Assembly: GCA_030390025.1 (NCBI GenBank) | Contig: CM059432.1 | Location: 42,534,001 to 42,598,000 of the forward strand | Direction of reading: 5' to 3' | Source of the DNA: Squalus acanthias | Lineage: Eukaryota | DNA: 64,000 nucleotides | Part shown: positions 13,446 to 26,902 of the stretch, in pieces | Position numbering within the stretch: the first letter of the stretch is position 1 | Layout: every line of letters starts with the position of its first letter | Made by a program: the position numbers and the translations under genes | Notes under the pieces: model-generated | Databases searched by the model: none | The model's input: only the letters and a program-made list of their open reading frames with translations | Told to the model about the DNA's origin: nothing

Positions 13446-13619
13446 GGGTAGACTTTCATCGTCACTGTCTGAGTGGTGATCTGGTGAAGTGGATCAGTTG
13501 CTCTTTATAGAACCTGCCTGATTTTCATTCCATTGAAATCACTGGAATGATATCAATAAAGGGGGACAATCTGCTCCACCAGATTACTGCCCAGGTAATG
13601 AAAACAAAAATCTATCCCC
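13446..13619. mobile_element. Short palindromic MITE
   Basis: Imperfect ~170-bp foldback: GGGTAGA…TCTATCCC, ATCTGGTG…CACCAGAT, TCATTCCA…TGGAATGA. Confidence 0.55.
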
Positions 13620-13901
13620 ATATCCCAGCATGAGGTAACACATTCAGGAGAGGAAGGCAGAAAATTGGGGGGAAAATTGCCATTATTTCTTTAAACAAGT
13701 AAAAGTACATTTATAAATATAATTTATCTGGTGTTTAACCTTAATACATTATCTTAGTATTTTAAATGGCGATGGAAGAACAGCTCGAGGAACAGCACCT
13801 CATCTTTCGATTAGGCACTTTACAGCCTTCTGGACTTAACATCGAGTTCAACAATTTCAGACTATAACCTCGGCCCCTATGTTTTTTTTCCCCCTTGTTT
13901 T

Positions 13902-16302
13902 ACATATGAACATATGAATTAGGAGCAGGAGTAGGCCACTCGACCCTTCGAGCCTGCTCCGCCATTCAATAAGATCATGGCTGATCCGATTACTCCACAT
14001 TCCCACCTACCCCTGATAACTTTTCACCCCCTTGCTTACCAAGAATTGATCTACCTCTGCCTTAAAAATATTCGAAGTCGCACAACACCAGGTTATAGTC
14101 CAACAGTTTTATTTAAAATTACGAGCTTTCGGAGCTCCGCTCCTTCTTCAGGTACAGGTACAGTGAGGGAATACAAATCGATTACACAGTATATATATAC
14201 AGAGAGCAATGAAAGCTCGTAATTTTAAATAAAACTGTTGGACTATAACCTGGTGTTGTGCGACTTCTCATTTTTGTCCACCTCAGTCCAACACCGGCAT
14301 CTCCACATTAAAAATATTCAAAGACTCTGCTTCCACCGCCCTCTGAGGAAGAGAATTCCAAAGACTCACAATCCTCTGTGAGAAAAAATTTCTCCTCATC
14401 TCTGTCTTAAATGGGCGACCCCTTATTTTTAAACAGTGACCCCTAGTTCTAGATTCTCCCACAAGAGGAAACATCCTCTCCACATCCACCCTGTCCAGAC
14501 CCCTCAGGATCTTATATGTTTCAATCAAGTCACCTCTTACTCTTCTAAACTCCAGCGGATACAAGCCTAGCCTGTCCAACCTTTCCTCATAAGACAACCC
14601 GCCCATTCCAGGTATTAGTCTAGTAAACCTTCTCTGAACTGCTTCCAACACATTTACATCCTTCCTTAAATAAGGAGACCAATATTGTACACAGTACTCC
14701 AGATGTGGTCTCACCAATGCCCTGTATAACTGAAGCATAACCTCCCTACTTTTGTATTCAATTCCCCTTGCAATAAACAATAACATTCTATTAGCTTTCC
14801 TAATTACTTGCTGTACCTGCATAGTAACCTTTTGCGATTCATGCACTAGCACACCCAGATCCCTCTGCATCTCCGAGCTCTGCAATCTCTCACCATTTAG
14901 ATAATATGCTTCTTTTTTATTCTTCCTGCCAAAATGGACAACTTCACATTTTCCCACATTATACTCCATTTGCCAGATATTTGCCCACTCACTTAACCTA
15001 TCTATATCCCTTTGTAGCCTCCTTATGTCCTCTTCACAATTTACTTTCCTACCTATCTTTGTGTCATCAGCAAATTTAGCAACCATACCTTCGGTCCCTT
15101 CATCCAAGTCATTTATATAAATTGTAAAAAGTTGAGGCCCCAGCACTGATCCCTGTGGCACACCACTCATTACATCTTGCCAATCAGAAAATGACCCATT
15201 TATGCCTACTCTCTGTTTCCTGTTAGCTAGCCAATCTTCTATCCATGCCAATATGTTACCCCCTACACCATGAGCTTTTATTTTCCGCAATAACCTTTGA
15301 TGTGGCACCTTATCAAATGCCTTCTGGAAATCTAAGTACAGTCCATCCACCAGTTCCTTTTTATCCACAGCACATGTTACTTCCTCAAAGAACTCCAATA
15401 AATTGGTTAAACATGATTTCCCTTGCACAAAACCATGTTGACTCTGCCTGATTACTTTGAACTTTTCTAAGTGCCCTGCTATAACGTCTTTAGTAATAGC
15501 TTCTAACATCTTCCCTATGACAGATGTTAAGCTAACTGGCCTGTAGTTTTCTGCTTTCTGTCTCCCTCCCTTTTTGAATAAAGGAGTTACATTCGCTATT
15601 TTCCAATCTAATGGAACCTTCCCCGAATCTAGGGAATTTTGGAAAATTAAAACCAACGCATCAACTATCTCACTAGCCACTTCTTTTAAGACCCTAGGAT
15701 GAAGTCCATCAGGACCCAGGGACTTGTCAGCCCGCAGCTCCAACAATTTGCTCAGTACCACTTCCCTGGTGATTATAATTTTCTTGAGTTCCTCCCTCCC
15801 TTCCATTTCCTGATTTACAGCTATTTCTGGGATGTTACTTGTCTCCTCTATAGTGAAGACCGATGCAAAATACCTGTTCAATTCAACTGCCATCTCCTTG
15901 TTTTCCATTATTAATTCCCCAGACTCACTTTTTATAGGACCAACGCTCACTTTGTTAACTCTTTTCTTTTTTAAATATCTATAGAAACTCTTACTATCTG
16001 TTTTTATATTTCTAGCTAGCTTTCTCTCGTACTCTAATTTTTCTCTCCTTATTAATCTTTTAGTCATTCTTTGCTGTTTTTTATATTCTATCCAATCTTC
16101 TGACCTGCCACCCATCTTTGCGCAATTATATGCTTTTTCTTTAAGTTTAATACTATCTTTAACTTTTTTAGTTAATCACGGATGGTGGGTCCTCCCCTTG
16201 AAATTTTTCTTTCTTGTTGGAACGTATATATTCTGTGTATTTTGAAATAGCCCCTTAAATGTCTGCCACTGCAACTCTACTGACCTATCCCTTAACCTAA
16301 TT
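13902..16302 (-). mobile_element. CR1 LINE, 5'-truncated; ORF2 RT at 14283-16115
   Basis: Full set of RT motifs and a (TTCATATG)n tail at ~13902-13919. Confidence 0.95.
14074..14307. mobile_element. Mini Penelope-derived insertion (inverted pLTR ends)
   Basis: 12-bp TSD TTAAAAATATTC at 14062-14073 and 14308-14319. Inverted arms match 37374-37460 and 39645-39743. Confidence 0.85.
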
Positions 16303-18260
16303 TACTCACATGGCAGCTGTTGATGAGTCTGCCATCGCCATTCACACCTCATCTTTTGTTTCTTAACTTGTCCCATTACCTCTCTTTTTGCCTTGCACCA
16401 TCATCCCTTTTTCAGTCAATCTCTCCTGCCTTCCAGCCTATCACAGACCTTCCCTTTGTTCTTTCCTCCCCTCTCCCTGCCCCTGCTTAAAAATCTCTCT
16501 TCCCTAACCTTTTCCAGTTCTGACGAAGGGTCCTCGACCCGAAACAGTAACTCTGTTTCTCTCTCCACGATGCTGCCTGACCTGCTGAATGTTTCCAGCA
16601 TTTTCTGTTGTTATTCCTATGTGGACTATTATTGTTTTAATCTGAAGTCAGCACAATATTAGGTCTTTGCTTTTCATGGTATTCTTTAAGTAGCACCCGT
16701 GAAGGACAGACTGATTACTCATTGTGTTCGGAACGCATGCTTCTACTCTTCCACTCCATTGTTGTACTTGGCAAATCTCACACGGCCACATCTCACGCAA
16801 CACTTAAAAACAGGATTGGAGGCAGCTGCCTGTTCTACATGAATACCATTTGCAATATTCCATGTTCTGTATTTTTCACCTCCACATTGCAGATGTAATG
16901 TGAAACTGTGGTATCAGACAAACAACTCAATTTCTTTGCCAACAGCAATAAAACATTTGCCTTTTGGGTTTCAGGAGTGATCCCTTGTGTGCATTAGGGC
17001 TGAAAACCTTCAGCTGTGGCCAATGTTACATACTATCAGTCATTACGTAAGTGGTCGGCATTATTGAATGTCTACTGTAAATTAAAATATTTCACATCTT
17101 ACACATTTCACATTCCAGACATTTTGCTTTGCTTTATATCTAAAAATATCCATGCTTCAAAGCAGTGCAGTGTTGCTGGAGTATTGCTGGCACATTTTAA
17201 GTCATTATGCGATTGTGGCAGATGTGTCACTTAATAATAGCGTTATTTTATTTTTACCATTAAATATTTAGCTTGAGGGTATCATCTTAAGCGGTGATTA
17301 TAGTGAACACAACTGCATAGTACACAACGATTATTAATTAAGTACTGACTTTAAATCTTCGTACTGGATTTAAGCTTCAGTTGAGAAAGGAGAAATTTAA
17401 ATAATAATTGCAAACGCTCAAAATCCAAACCAAAAATGTAAAATGCTAGAAACACACAATAGCAGTGGTAGAGAGAAAAAGATAGATCAACATTTTGGAC
17501 AGTGTTATTCTTCAGAATTGAAAACTGAGAGATAAACTAGCACTTTAGCAGAATCAGAAAAAAAGGCAAAGGAAATCACAAGCAAATGACAGATACTGCA
17601 ATCACAAACGGGAAATTAACAAAAGCAGGAGATTAAGAAGAGAGGTCTGCTAGTACAGGGTGGAAAATGTTGCTTTAATCCCTGAAATCAAATCAAGCCC
17701 ACATATGTGACAGGTCTGAAGAAGGCCTCACTCTAATGCTTGTGAAGTGCCCTAAATCACACAAGGTTAATTAGTTTCAATTAAGCATTCCAAGTCGGGT
17801 AATGGAAGCAAAAACCCTGGAATCATTTAAGAAACAGCTAGCTATTGTAAACCTTTTCTGGATTGTGAGCTAGAATGGCCAATTGGTTTTGCTCATCCCT
17901 ATCTATCTTATGAGACCTCAATGAATGGAAAATTAAACCTGGAAAATTGTACTGGATTACCAATGAGCAAAACATTAATTTCTACAGAATGCATGTTCCA
18001 ACAAGTGATGGTTAACTCTATGGTTAAACTTCTGTATACAATGGATAACAGGCCACTGATGACATTATCTGGCAGAGAATACTATAAGGAGGAGAAGTGA
18101 TATGCAAAGCTTTTCCACTGGCATTCTGTAGATATTTTCCAATGATAAAAAATATTGAGGTGCAGCTGGAATAGTTCCTGTATTCTTAGTAAAAGGAATG
18201 AGGTCTGAGTTAAGTGCTATTTAGTCTTGTAGTGGTAATCCAATCATTATCTTATAGAAG

Positions 18261-18456
18261 CCATGATGCGGAGATGCCGGTGTTGGACTGGGGTGGACAA
18301 AAGTGAGAAGTCGCACAACACCAGGTTATAGTCCAACAGTTTTATTTGAAATCACAAGCTTTCGGAGCGGCTGCTTCACTTCACCTGATGAAGGAGCAGC
18401 CGCTCCGAAAGCTTGTGATTTCAAATAAAACTGTTGTGTTGTGCGACTTCTCACTT
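18261..18456. mobile_element. Mini Penelope-derived insertion (inverted pLTR ends)
   Basis: 14-bp TSD TTATCTTATAGAAG at 18247-18260 and 18457-18470, with palindromic arms. Confidence 0.88.
18381..18418 (+). ncRNA. Minimal type I hammerhead ribozyme motif (PLE-associated)
   Basis: TCAC-CTGATGA-A-GGAGC-AGCC-GCTCC-GAAA-GCTT-GTGA: intact core, stem I, stem II and a palindromic stem III. Confidence 0.75.
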
Positions 18457-18658
18457 TTATCTTATAGAAGACTGAGACCCCAACTTTATCTCTCTGGAGT
18501 AAGATTCTAACATGAATAAGTAGTCTCACCCAGTGGGTGAACTACTTCCTGTCAGAAGGGTCTGTAGTCTACCAAACAGGTCTACATAGTTCCATCATTG
18601 GGTCAAGACTGACTTTTATGAAAAATGAATTTGTTAATAATGACACATTAGAGATGGA

Positions 18659-20648
18659 GGCCGTGAAATTCGGCCTGTTAGCGGCGGCTGATAAGGCCAG
18701 TTTCAGTGAAAAAATGGCGGCGGCCTCATTTCCGGTGCGGAACGTGGCAGCCGCCATTTTGGGCATGTCGGCAGTGCTGCCGCTGCCTGAGGTCACTGCA
18801 AATATGGTAGTTAGATTGTTATGCTAATCAGCGTGCAACGCTGAATTGACGCACGCCCTCTCCAATGCATGCAGCAGCTGTACGACGGACCCCCTACCAA
18901 CGCTTCTTAAAGGGACACATACAACATTCAGGTAAGTTTAGATTTTTGCTTTTGTTCTGGTTTCTTTACATTTTATTTGAGTAGTGGCTTGGTACAAGAC
19001 ATTTAAAAAGTTGTTAAGTGTGAAGGGAGTGCAGGTAGTGCTGCTGGACATTTGCAAGGCTTTGGCTCTTAAAGGAATGCCTCTGAGAACACCACTTGCT
19101 TCCAGTCCTGGGGGCTCTATTTGCAGTCCCTCTTGGGTTGCAGCATGACATGGAGATGGAGCAGAAACAGCAAAGGGGACAAGCTGCTTGCATAGGGAGG
19201 AGGAAGAGGAGGAAGACGAGGAGGTGGAAGAGGAAGAAGCAGAAGAAGAGGAAGCAGAAGAGGAGGAAGCAAAAGAGGAAGAAGCAGAAGAGGAGGAAGT
19301 GGAAGGAAGGAGGCAACCCACACAGCCTTTTTCTGGTCGGGATATCCGGGATTGAATCATCCGTCTGCAGTACCAGTGAACCCTACCCCAATTCCCCTTT
19401 CAACATTTGTCCCATACTCTACCTTCCCTCTGTTACTTCTTGGCCACAATGCTGAAATAAAAGCCACCACAAAGAAAACTTTCCAATCCAACTTTATCCA
19501 TATATGCATCCAATATTACATCAAAAAATCAACTAATCACCCTTGTGCATTCCCTTAGTGAGTGTCTTGTGTGTGTCAGTGCCTATCCTAAAGCTCTTAT
19601 GCAGTGCTACCCCAGTGGCTGCAGCATGGCTGGTGGAAGGCTGCTGACTTTCAATGGGGGAGACGGCTGCTGGCCTTGCAGGATGACCTCGAGGAGCTGG
19701 TGGCTAGGAGTGTGAAATCAAACGACAGTGTTTCTTCTTCTCTTCTTCACTCTCTTCTCCCTCTTCTTGGTCAACCACTGGATTGCCAGGCTGGATTTCC
19801 TGGGTGCCTGAAATGAGGAAGGCATAGGGTAGGGTTGTAGTGAGGGGAGGGTGGTAAAGCAAGAGGTGCATGTATACACTGTTTACAGCTTGTAAATCAG
19901 AAGAGATTGTGGGATGAGGGGGAAGTGGGATGTGAGAAAGAGGATAATGTATGAGGATACCGGCATCTTGTATTCTTTCAGCCCCGCCGCTAGCCATGCC
20001 CCTGCCAAGAATGGCCAGCACCGTCTCCTCCAAGGGGGTGAGGTGAAGCTAGGAATGTGAGGTGTGCCTTGTGTTTAGTAGAGATTGTTGCTAGGTAAGT
20101 GATGGGGGGGAGTCGTGCATTGAGTAGTGTGTGAGGCTAGTGGTGCAGTTGGTAGGAGGCGACTATTGAAGATGCATTCACTGACCTTGACCACTCGTCT
20201 GAAGGCACTGGAGCCAGGTCCTGGGGCAAACACTGCTGGCAGTGACCGCCTCGGCGATCTGGTCCCACATCCTTCTTCTGGAGGGTTGTGGGTAGAGGAT
20301 CTCTTTTCATTGTTCACCCCCTGTACAAAGCTGGAGTGCTGCGTCCGAGACCCTGGGTGCCTTTTCCCTGGCCTGTTGCGCCATTTGTGTTAGTGCTGAA
20401 GAACTTTTAACATTGTTGATCAGCAGAAGGCAGCTCAGCTTTAAGAGGTGCAGACTGCTTTTAAGAGGCGCAGGCTTGCTTTAAGTAAAGCTAGCCTTGT
20501 GCGAATGTCGAGAACCTGGGCCCCCTGCTGAGCACATGGTGCGCTGCAATCATTATAATTAGCCGGCAGCACGAATTTGAACGGGCGCAGGCATATCGCT
20601 CATCGTGGTGCCTGCGCCCGTTTTTCAGTGCTATGGAATTTTACCCCC
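18659..20648. mobile_element. Internally deleted Harbinger element
   Basis: Imperfect TIRs GGCCGTGAAATTC / GAATTTTACCCCC. Transposase N- and C-terminal remnants (+) and Myb exon remnants (-) are homologous to 26903-30835. Confidence 0.8.
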
Positions 20649-22280
20649 AGACTTGCTTAAGGATTTCCATTCCGTTAGCATCATTGGTGTTATTCAAAAT
20701 CAGTTATATGCTATGATAAAAAGTTAGAATATTAGAGTAATGAGCTCCAATGGCCTCTTTATCTCTGAGTTTCTTTGTGTTCTTCTGCTACCCCAGTCAA
20801 TATTGCACAAAGTCCTGTGCTACGTGTGTGGTTCACTTCTCCTGTAATGTGCACTTAAACCTACTTAGGAGTGTGTCTACTAATCTGTGTGGTAGGGGGA
20901 GAAGAGCCTTACTGGAGGTCGAGCAGCTAAATTCTGTCTCCATCCTATTATTTTGTATCAGAGTTAAACCACTACAGAGATACATTTTACTTTATAATCC
21001 TAATACAACAGTAGTATTGGATCTCTTCTCATGGATAGGTCTAGTGGTTGTTAGTTTCCACTCATGTTGGACAACTGGATAACACCAGTTAAAACAGATA
21101 TAACCTAAGGGAGCAACTAGTTTCTTAGATAGGGCTTTGAAACCCCAAATATTTACGTCACATTTTCCAGGATCATAATTATGAAGGAGATATTTACCTT
21201 TCTTGAGCCCAATCTTGATTCAACTGATTGGGTTACTTTGCTGAAGCTGTTAGTTCCTGACTATGGATTTCAGTTAAAAAAAGTATCTGTGAATAGTGGA
21301 GATTTGAAACAACAGCTTCATTGTATCAACAGTACGTTTGTCCTCTTTCACCTATGGTCTTCCTTTCTTTGTTTTGTTCAGCCTTATAAAGGGAGTGCCT
21401 CGGTTTCCTTACCGGCACTGACAAAGGTTGTCAACCTGACATGTTAATCAAACTATCTCTTTTCAGATGTTGAAGGACCTATGGTATATTTCCTGCACTT
21501 CCTGTTTTTATTATGGTTTTTAAATGACTTTCCAGCATGAAGTTGAGCAATTCAGTGGAGGGTGTGACATGTGACTTTAGCCTTCTCAAGAGGGAGGATG
21601 ATGGAGTTGGGCCCAACACTGGAGACAGATATTTGTTCTGTGCAGATATAAACTTTATATGGTAAAATGAACAAATGTTTTATTTTTAATCAAGTTACAT
21701 TATACAGTTAAACACTTAATCCTGGGGACCTTTAATTTCAAGTCTAGCTCAATCAACTTTATTAATCATCTTATGTTTATGTAAATGTAATAAATGAACA
21801 TGCCAAAGTCCTTACAAAAATGCCATTTGTTTCAATATATAAATAGAGCTGCAGCCGTTGCTTATTCGCCATCTGGCTTATAGTAAGAAATGACATTAGT
21901 AACATGTCAGTTTTGAAAAAGCATAATCCTGATCTTTAGCACGAGGAGTATTAAATGAAACATCTGTCTGACTGAAATGAACGGTTGGGCTTGAAGATAT
22001 CTGGCTGTTGGGATTTTTCAAGAGTATGTCTGGCTTGCTGATATTGACACTTCTGAATAGTGGAGGATTTCTGACAAGAAATGCATTTAGAAATCCCATT
22101 TAGTTAATTCAGTTTAAAAAGTGACTGTCTGCTTTTTACAATTGAGGAAGATTCAAGAGATACAGCTATTTTGGAAAAACTAACTGAAGCTGCTTTAAGC
22201 AGTGCAAGCTTCGGGTATCTAGCAAGCAGGGTGAAAGGCTTGGAGTTAACCTGCCCCTTTAAATTTTTTTTCAGAGCTGA

Positions 22281-23205
22281 ACAAAAAGCAAAATACTGCG
22301 GATGCTGGAAATCTGAAACAAAAACAGAAAATGCTGGAAACGCACAGCAGGTCAGGCAGTGTTCTGAGGAAGCGCCTACGGGCCAGAAATTCGGCTCTTG
22401 TCGGGTGAGTACGCGCTGTGTACTCACCCGTAAGGCCACCTGAAGTGCCGGTTTTCTGCATGCACTGCACATGTGCGGGAAACCGGAACTTCCGTTCCCC
22501 TGAAGGGAGGGGTTCAGAAGTCGAACGCGTGCGCAGGAGAGGCTGCGCGTACGCAGCGAACTTCGTTTTTTTTCAGGTTTCTCCGGGAAGGTAAGTATGG
22601 AGAAGCTGCACTTTTAAAAAGGAGGCGCAAGGCCTGTTTTTAACAAGGTAAGTGGTTAATTAATTACAATTTAAACATTTTTTCAACAGGTTTATCTTTT
22701 TTAGATACTTTAAAGAAAGGTAAGTTTATTTTTAGCACTGTTAAAAAGTATAATTAATTTTTTCAAAAATTTAAATTTTTGTTTAAAGTAGTTAATTTAT
22801 GTAACTTATAGTTATTTTAAAAATGTGATGTTTTAAAAAAAATTATTTGAAGTTTAAGTGTGGTTTTGGGGCCGATCTCTATTCATAGATTTGACAGGTC
22901 TTCCTGTCAAATCTATGAATGAAAATGCCCTGTTCCGATTGGCTCTCCATGGCCCACATGATCCCAGGGGACGCTTCGAACTAACTGCGCCCCTGGGATA
23001 CGCAAGCACTGCTGGAGGAGGCCCAGGAGCCGAAGTCCTCTTGGGCCCAAAGCACAACAGCCGGCGCGGTAGGTAAGCACGCGCGCGATGCTTGCACCCG
23101 CAGGAAGCCGGAAAGCCGAATTTCTGGCCCATTGACTTTTGTTCTCTCCACAGATGCTGCCTGACCTGCTGAGTGTTTCCAGTGTTTTACGTTTTATTTT
23201 TATTG
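22281..23205. repeat. Palindromic Penelope-tail-derived repeat, interrupted by a MITE
   Basis: GCTGGAAACGCACAGCAGGTCAGGCAG (~22333-22360) is inverted relative to CTGCCTGACCTGCTGAGTGTTTCCAG (~23157-23182). The same tail occurs at 16560-16610 and 39775-39876. Confidence 0.65.
22380..23130. mobile_element. MITE with perfect 17-bp TIRs
   Basis: GGGCCAGAAATTCGGCT … AGCCGAATTTCTGGCCC. Confidence 0.9.
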
Positions 23206-23770
23206 TTCAGAATTATTTATTTCTTTACAGATAAGAGATTTGGGGCTGAGTTTCCTCAGGGGTTCCTCTGTTCATCCACTCTGTTTATGTCATGTTTCTG
23301 TGGTTCTCACGGCTCTTCCGCTGAAGTTACAATGGATGAGCAGGAGAACCTCCTCAGATATTCATTTCATATTTTCATGAGAGGCCTGTTGATTGGGAAG
23401 AATTAAATTATCTTTATTGTGAGTGAACTAAACCTAGATAAAATGCACCTATGATAGTTTGTCCTCTTCACCTCTCTTTTTATTAACCATTGCTTTGAAA
23501 GCATCCCTACACTAATAGACTAAGCTCAAGCACGAAAAATGGTCGCTTGCATAGAGGTACTGGAGGGCACGCTATGCCTACAGAACTGTAACTTGGCAAA
23601 AGTCAGGGCCTTCAGGTGTTGTGTCCGAATAAACACTCATATGCTTACTCCCATCAGGGGGCTATCTAGTGTTCAGTTAACAATATGCAAGTACCATAGG
23701 CATATCACTTTCCTCCCTCAGAATTACAAGAAAATCCTCATCTCCAAGAATGAGGCTAGTTAACACATAA

Positions 23771-24616
23771 ATTTTTTTAATTTTAACCCCCTGGCTGGAA
23801 GGCTAAAAAGCTAAACATCTGAAACAGGAACCAAACCCACCTCGAACCCGCCCACTTCTGGTTTTAATGGAGGTGGGACGAAGGGCAGGCAACCAATCCG
23901 TTCTCAGGAAGCGGGTTGGTCATTTAAATATTTTAATGAGGCTGCGTGCCTTCATTTTAACAGTGATTCTATTTTTAACCACAGTCAGCTGTGTTTCCCT
24001 GGCCTTGGGAAACCCGGCAGGTAAAAGGAGGCGAGAAGGGCTGAATCCATAAGGTAAGTGCTTTTACTGCACTGCTTGTGGGCCAGGAGGAGCAGGAGTA
24101 TTTCCTCCTGGCCCAACAAGCCTACCTCTGTACCCATCACGCAAGATCTGTCTGCTTCCCCCCCACCCCGCAATCAGACCACCTCCCAATCACTATCTCC
24201 CCTCCGCAAACGGATCCCCTTAGCCACCATCTCCCACCACCCACCACGATCGGACCTCCAGACTACCATCTCCCCAGCCCCCATGATTGGACCCGCCAAC
24301 CAACATCTCTCCCCCTCCACGGTCGACCCCCCCCCCCTCCCCTGCCGTCCATCACCCTCCCCATGATCTCTCCCACCCTCCCCCACTAGACCTGCCTGCT
24401 CTCAGATTGGCCTTGTGCTGCAGGCTTTCCCGCCCAACAGGCCTGTCAATCAGGCCGGCTGTCAGGTGGGAAACCTACAGAAAAAATTAAGAGATGTCCT
24501 GCAGTTTTAACTGCAGGACGTTCAGGAAACGCATACTTCCAGATTTCCCATCCATAACTCCACCTCCCTACACCCGCCACCCGCACCGAATGTGCCCCGA
24601 AGATAAGATCGGGGCC
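23771..24616. mobile_element. MITE, same family as 40057-40657
   Basis: Shared blocks CCCACTTC.GGTTT.A..GGAGGTGGGACG and CTTGTGGGC..GGAGGAGCAGGAGT. Confidence 0.65.
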
Positions 24617-25262
24617 TACATCTTAAATAACGTGGTTAAAAAAATAACCATTGCATTTTCCCAGTAGTACACAGGTGTTGGGTTATGCCAACACTGAAAC
24701 CATAATGAAAACCAGTATACTCAATACTATCTACAAGTCCAAACAATGTGGAGCTTTCCTTGACAATTAGAGCATAAGGTATAACTCTGGGCCTAAAAGA
24801 TTTTGGCTTTGCCCCTTTCTTCACATTAAGGTGTTCCTTAATACCCTTTGCTGTACCAAGTTTTGGACTGAATAAGAACTTGTACTCTTCCATGAGTAAG
24901 TCTGTGGGTCTTTGAGTTGTGAACTTCTTAATATTGGCCTAGTTTAACTTCAGGCTACAAAACCAGTCTTGGTCCATCAATGAGGGAACTTGGCCCTTAA
25001 CTACAATTACAGACAATTGTTTTGTCTGATTTTCATATTTTACTTGGATGTCTATGTTCTCAAGGACTAGCAATGGATGTCCAGAATAACCTTCATGCAA
25101 AATGCCATTTTCTTTTGTAGGGCAATTTTCAGAAATATTTCCTCATATACTTTTGATGGCATAATAGTTGCCATAGCCCCAGTGTCCAACTCAAATCCAC
25201 ATGTAATACCTTCTATCCAGACAGGAACCACAATTTCACATTGCCCCTTTCCTGTTATATTT

Positions 25263-26782
25263 TGACATCCTTTGTGACTGTGACAAAGGTAAACTATCCC
25301 TCCTCGTCCTTCTTGACATGTCTGCAGCCTTTGACATGGTTGACCACTCCATCCTCCTCCAATGCCTCTCCACCATTGTCCAGCTGGGTGGGACTGCACT
25401 TGCCTTGTTCCAATCTTATCTATCTAATCGTAGCCAGAAAATCACCTGCAATGGCTTCTCTTCCCACTCCCGCATCGTTACCTCTGGGGTCCCCCAAGGA
25501 TCTATCCTTGGCCCCCTCCTATTTCTCATCTATATGCTGCCCCTTGGTGACATCATCAGAAAACATGGCGTCATTTTCCACATGTACGCTGATGACACCC
25601 AGCTCTACCTCACCACCACTTCTCTTGACCCCTCCACGGTCTCTAAATTGACACACTGCTTATCCGACATCCAGTACTGGATGAGCAGAAATTTTCTCCA
25701 ATTAAATATTGGGAAGACTGAAACCATTGTCTTCGGACCCCGCCACAAACTCAGTTCCCTAGCCACCAACTCTATCCCTCTCCCTAGCATCTGTCTGAGG
25801 CTGAACCAGACTGTTCACAACCTTGGTGTCCGTAACACCGCCCGTCTCCGCCCCTGCCTCAGCTCATCCGCTGCTGAAACCCTCATCCATGCCTTTGTTA
25901 CCTCTAGACTTGACTATTCCAACGCACTCCTGGCTGGCCTCCCACATTCCACCCTACGTAAACTTGAGGTCATCCAAAACTCGGCTGCCCGTGTCCTAAC
26001 TCTCACCAAGTCCCGTTCATCCATCACCCTTGTACTCGTTGAACCACATTGGCTCCCGGTTAAGCAACGCCTCGATTTTAAAATTCTTATCTTTGTTTTA
26101 AATCCCTCCATGGCCTTGCCTCTCCCTATCTCCATAATCTCTTACAGCCCTACAACTATCCAAGATATCTGCGCTCCTCCAATTCTGGCCTTTTAAGCAT
26201 CCCCGATTTTAATTGCTCCACCAATGATACCATTCCTTCAGCTACCAAGACCCTAAGGCCTGGAATTCCCTCCCGAGAACTTTCCACCTCTCTACCTCTC
26301 TTTCCTGCTTTAAAATGCTCCTGTTCGCCCATCACCCCTGTGCTCGCTGACCTACATTGGCTGCAGGTTAAGCAATGCCTCGATTTCAAATTTCTCATCC
26401 TTGTTTTCAAATCCCTCCATGGCCTTGCCCCTCCCTATCTCTGTAATCTCCTTCAGCCCCACAACCCCCCGAGATATCTGCGCTCCTCTAATTCTGCCCT
26501 CTTGAGCATCCCTGATTATAATCGCTCAACCATCGGCGGCCGTGCCTTCTGTTGCCGAGTCCCTAAGCTCTGGAATTCCCTGCCTAAACCTCTCTGCCTC
26601 GCTAACTCTCTTTCCTCCTTTAAGACGCTCCTTAAAACCTACCTCTTTGACCAAGCTTTTGGACATCTGCCCTAATTTTTCCTTATGTGGCTGGTGTCAA
26701 TCTTTTGTCTTATAACACTCCTGTGAAGCGCCTTGGGACATTTAATACGTAAAGGTGCTATATAAATACAAGTTGTTGTTGT
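25263..26782 (+). mobile_element. L2 LINE RT/3' region, two tandem pieces joined at ~26320
   Basis: ORF 25318-26196 with DMSAAFD, GVPQGSILGP, YADD and TSRLDYSN. The second copy has LHWL…FKTLLKTYLF and a (GTT)n tail. Confidence 0.92.
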
Positions 26783-26902
26783 TAATTCCTCATGGTGCTA
26801 TGATATGACTTGGGGCTTTCTTTTCTTCTCCAATCTAGCAGCACCTACTGGCTTCTATCAACACTTAGTTAAATGACCCAATTCTGTGCAGTTATGCCAT
26901 TT

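Larger units (their letters stand above)
13770..16616 (+). mobile_element. Penelope-like element 3' end (GIY-YIG C-terminus plus 3' region), split by a CR1
   Basis: 13770-13867 encodes LEEQHLIFRLGTLQPSGLNIEFNNFRL*. The 3' region resumes at ~16303 with a hammerhead motif at 16516-16552. Confidence 0.75.

Noticed and set aside
18938..19455. Poly-Ser/Lys/Leu ORFs
   Set aside because: Alternative-frame translations of a GAG/GAA repeat in a Harbinger remnant.
21896..22260. ORFs in unique sequence as host exons
   Set aside because: No recognisable protein similarity or convincing splice pairs.
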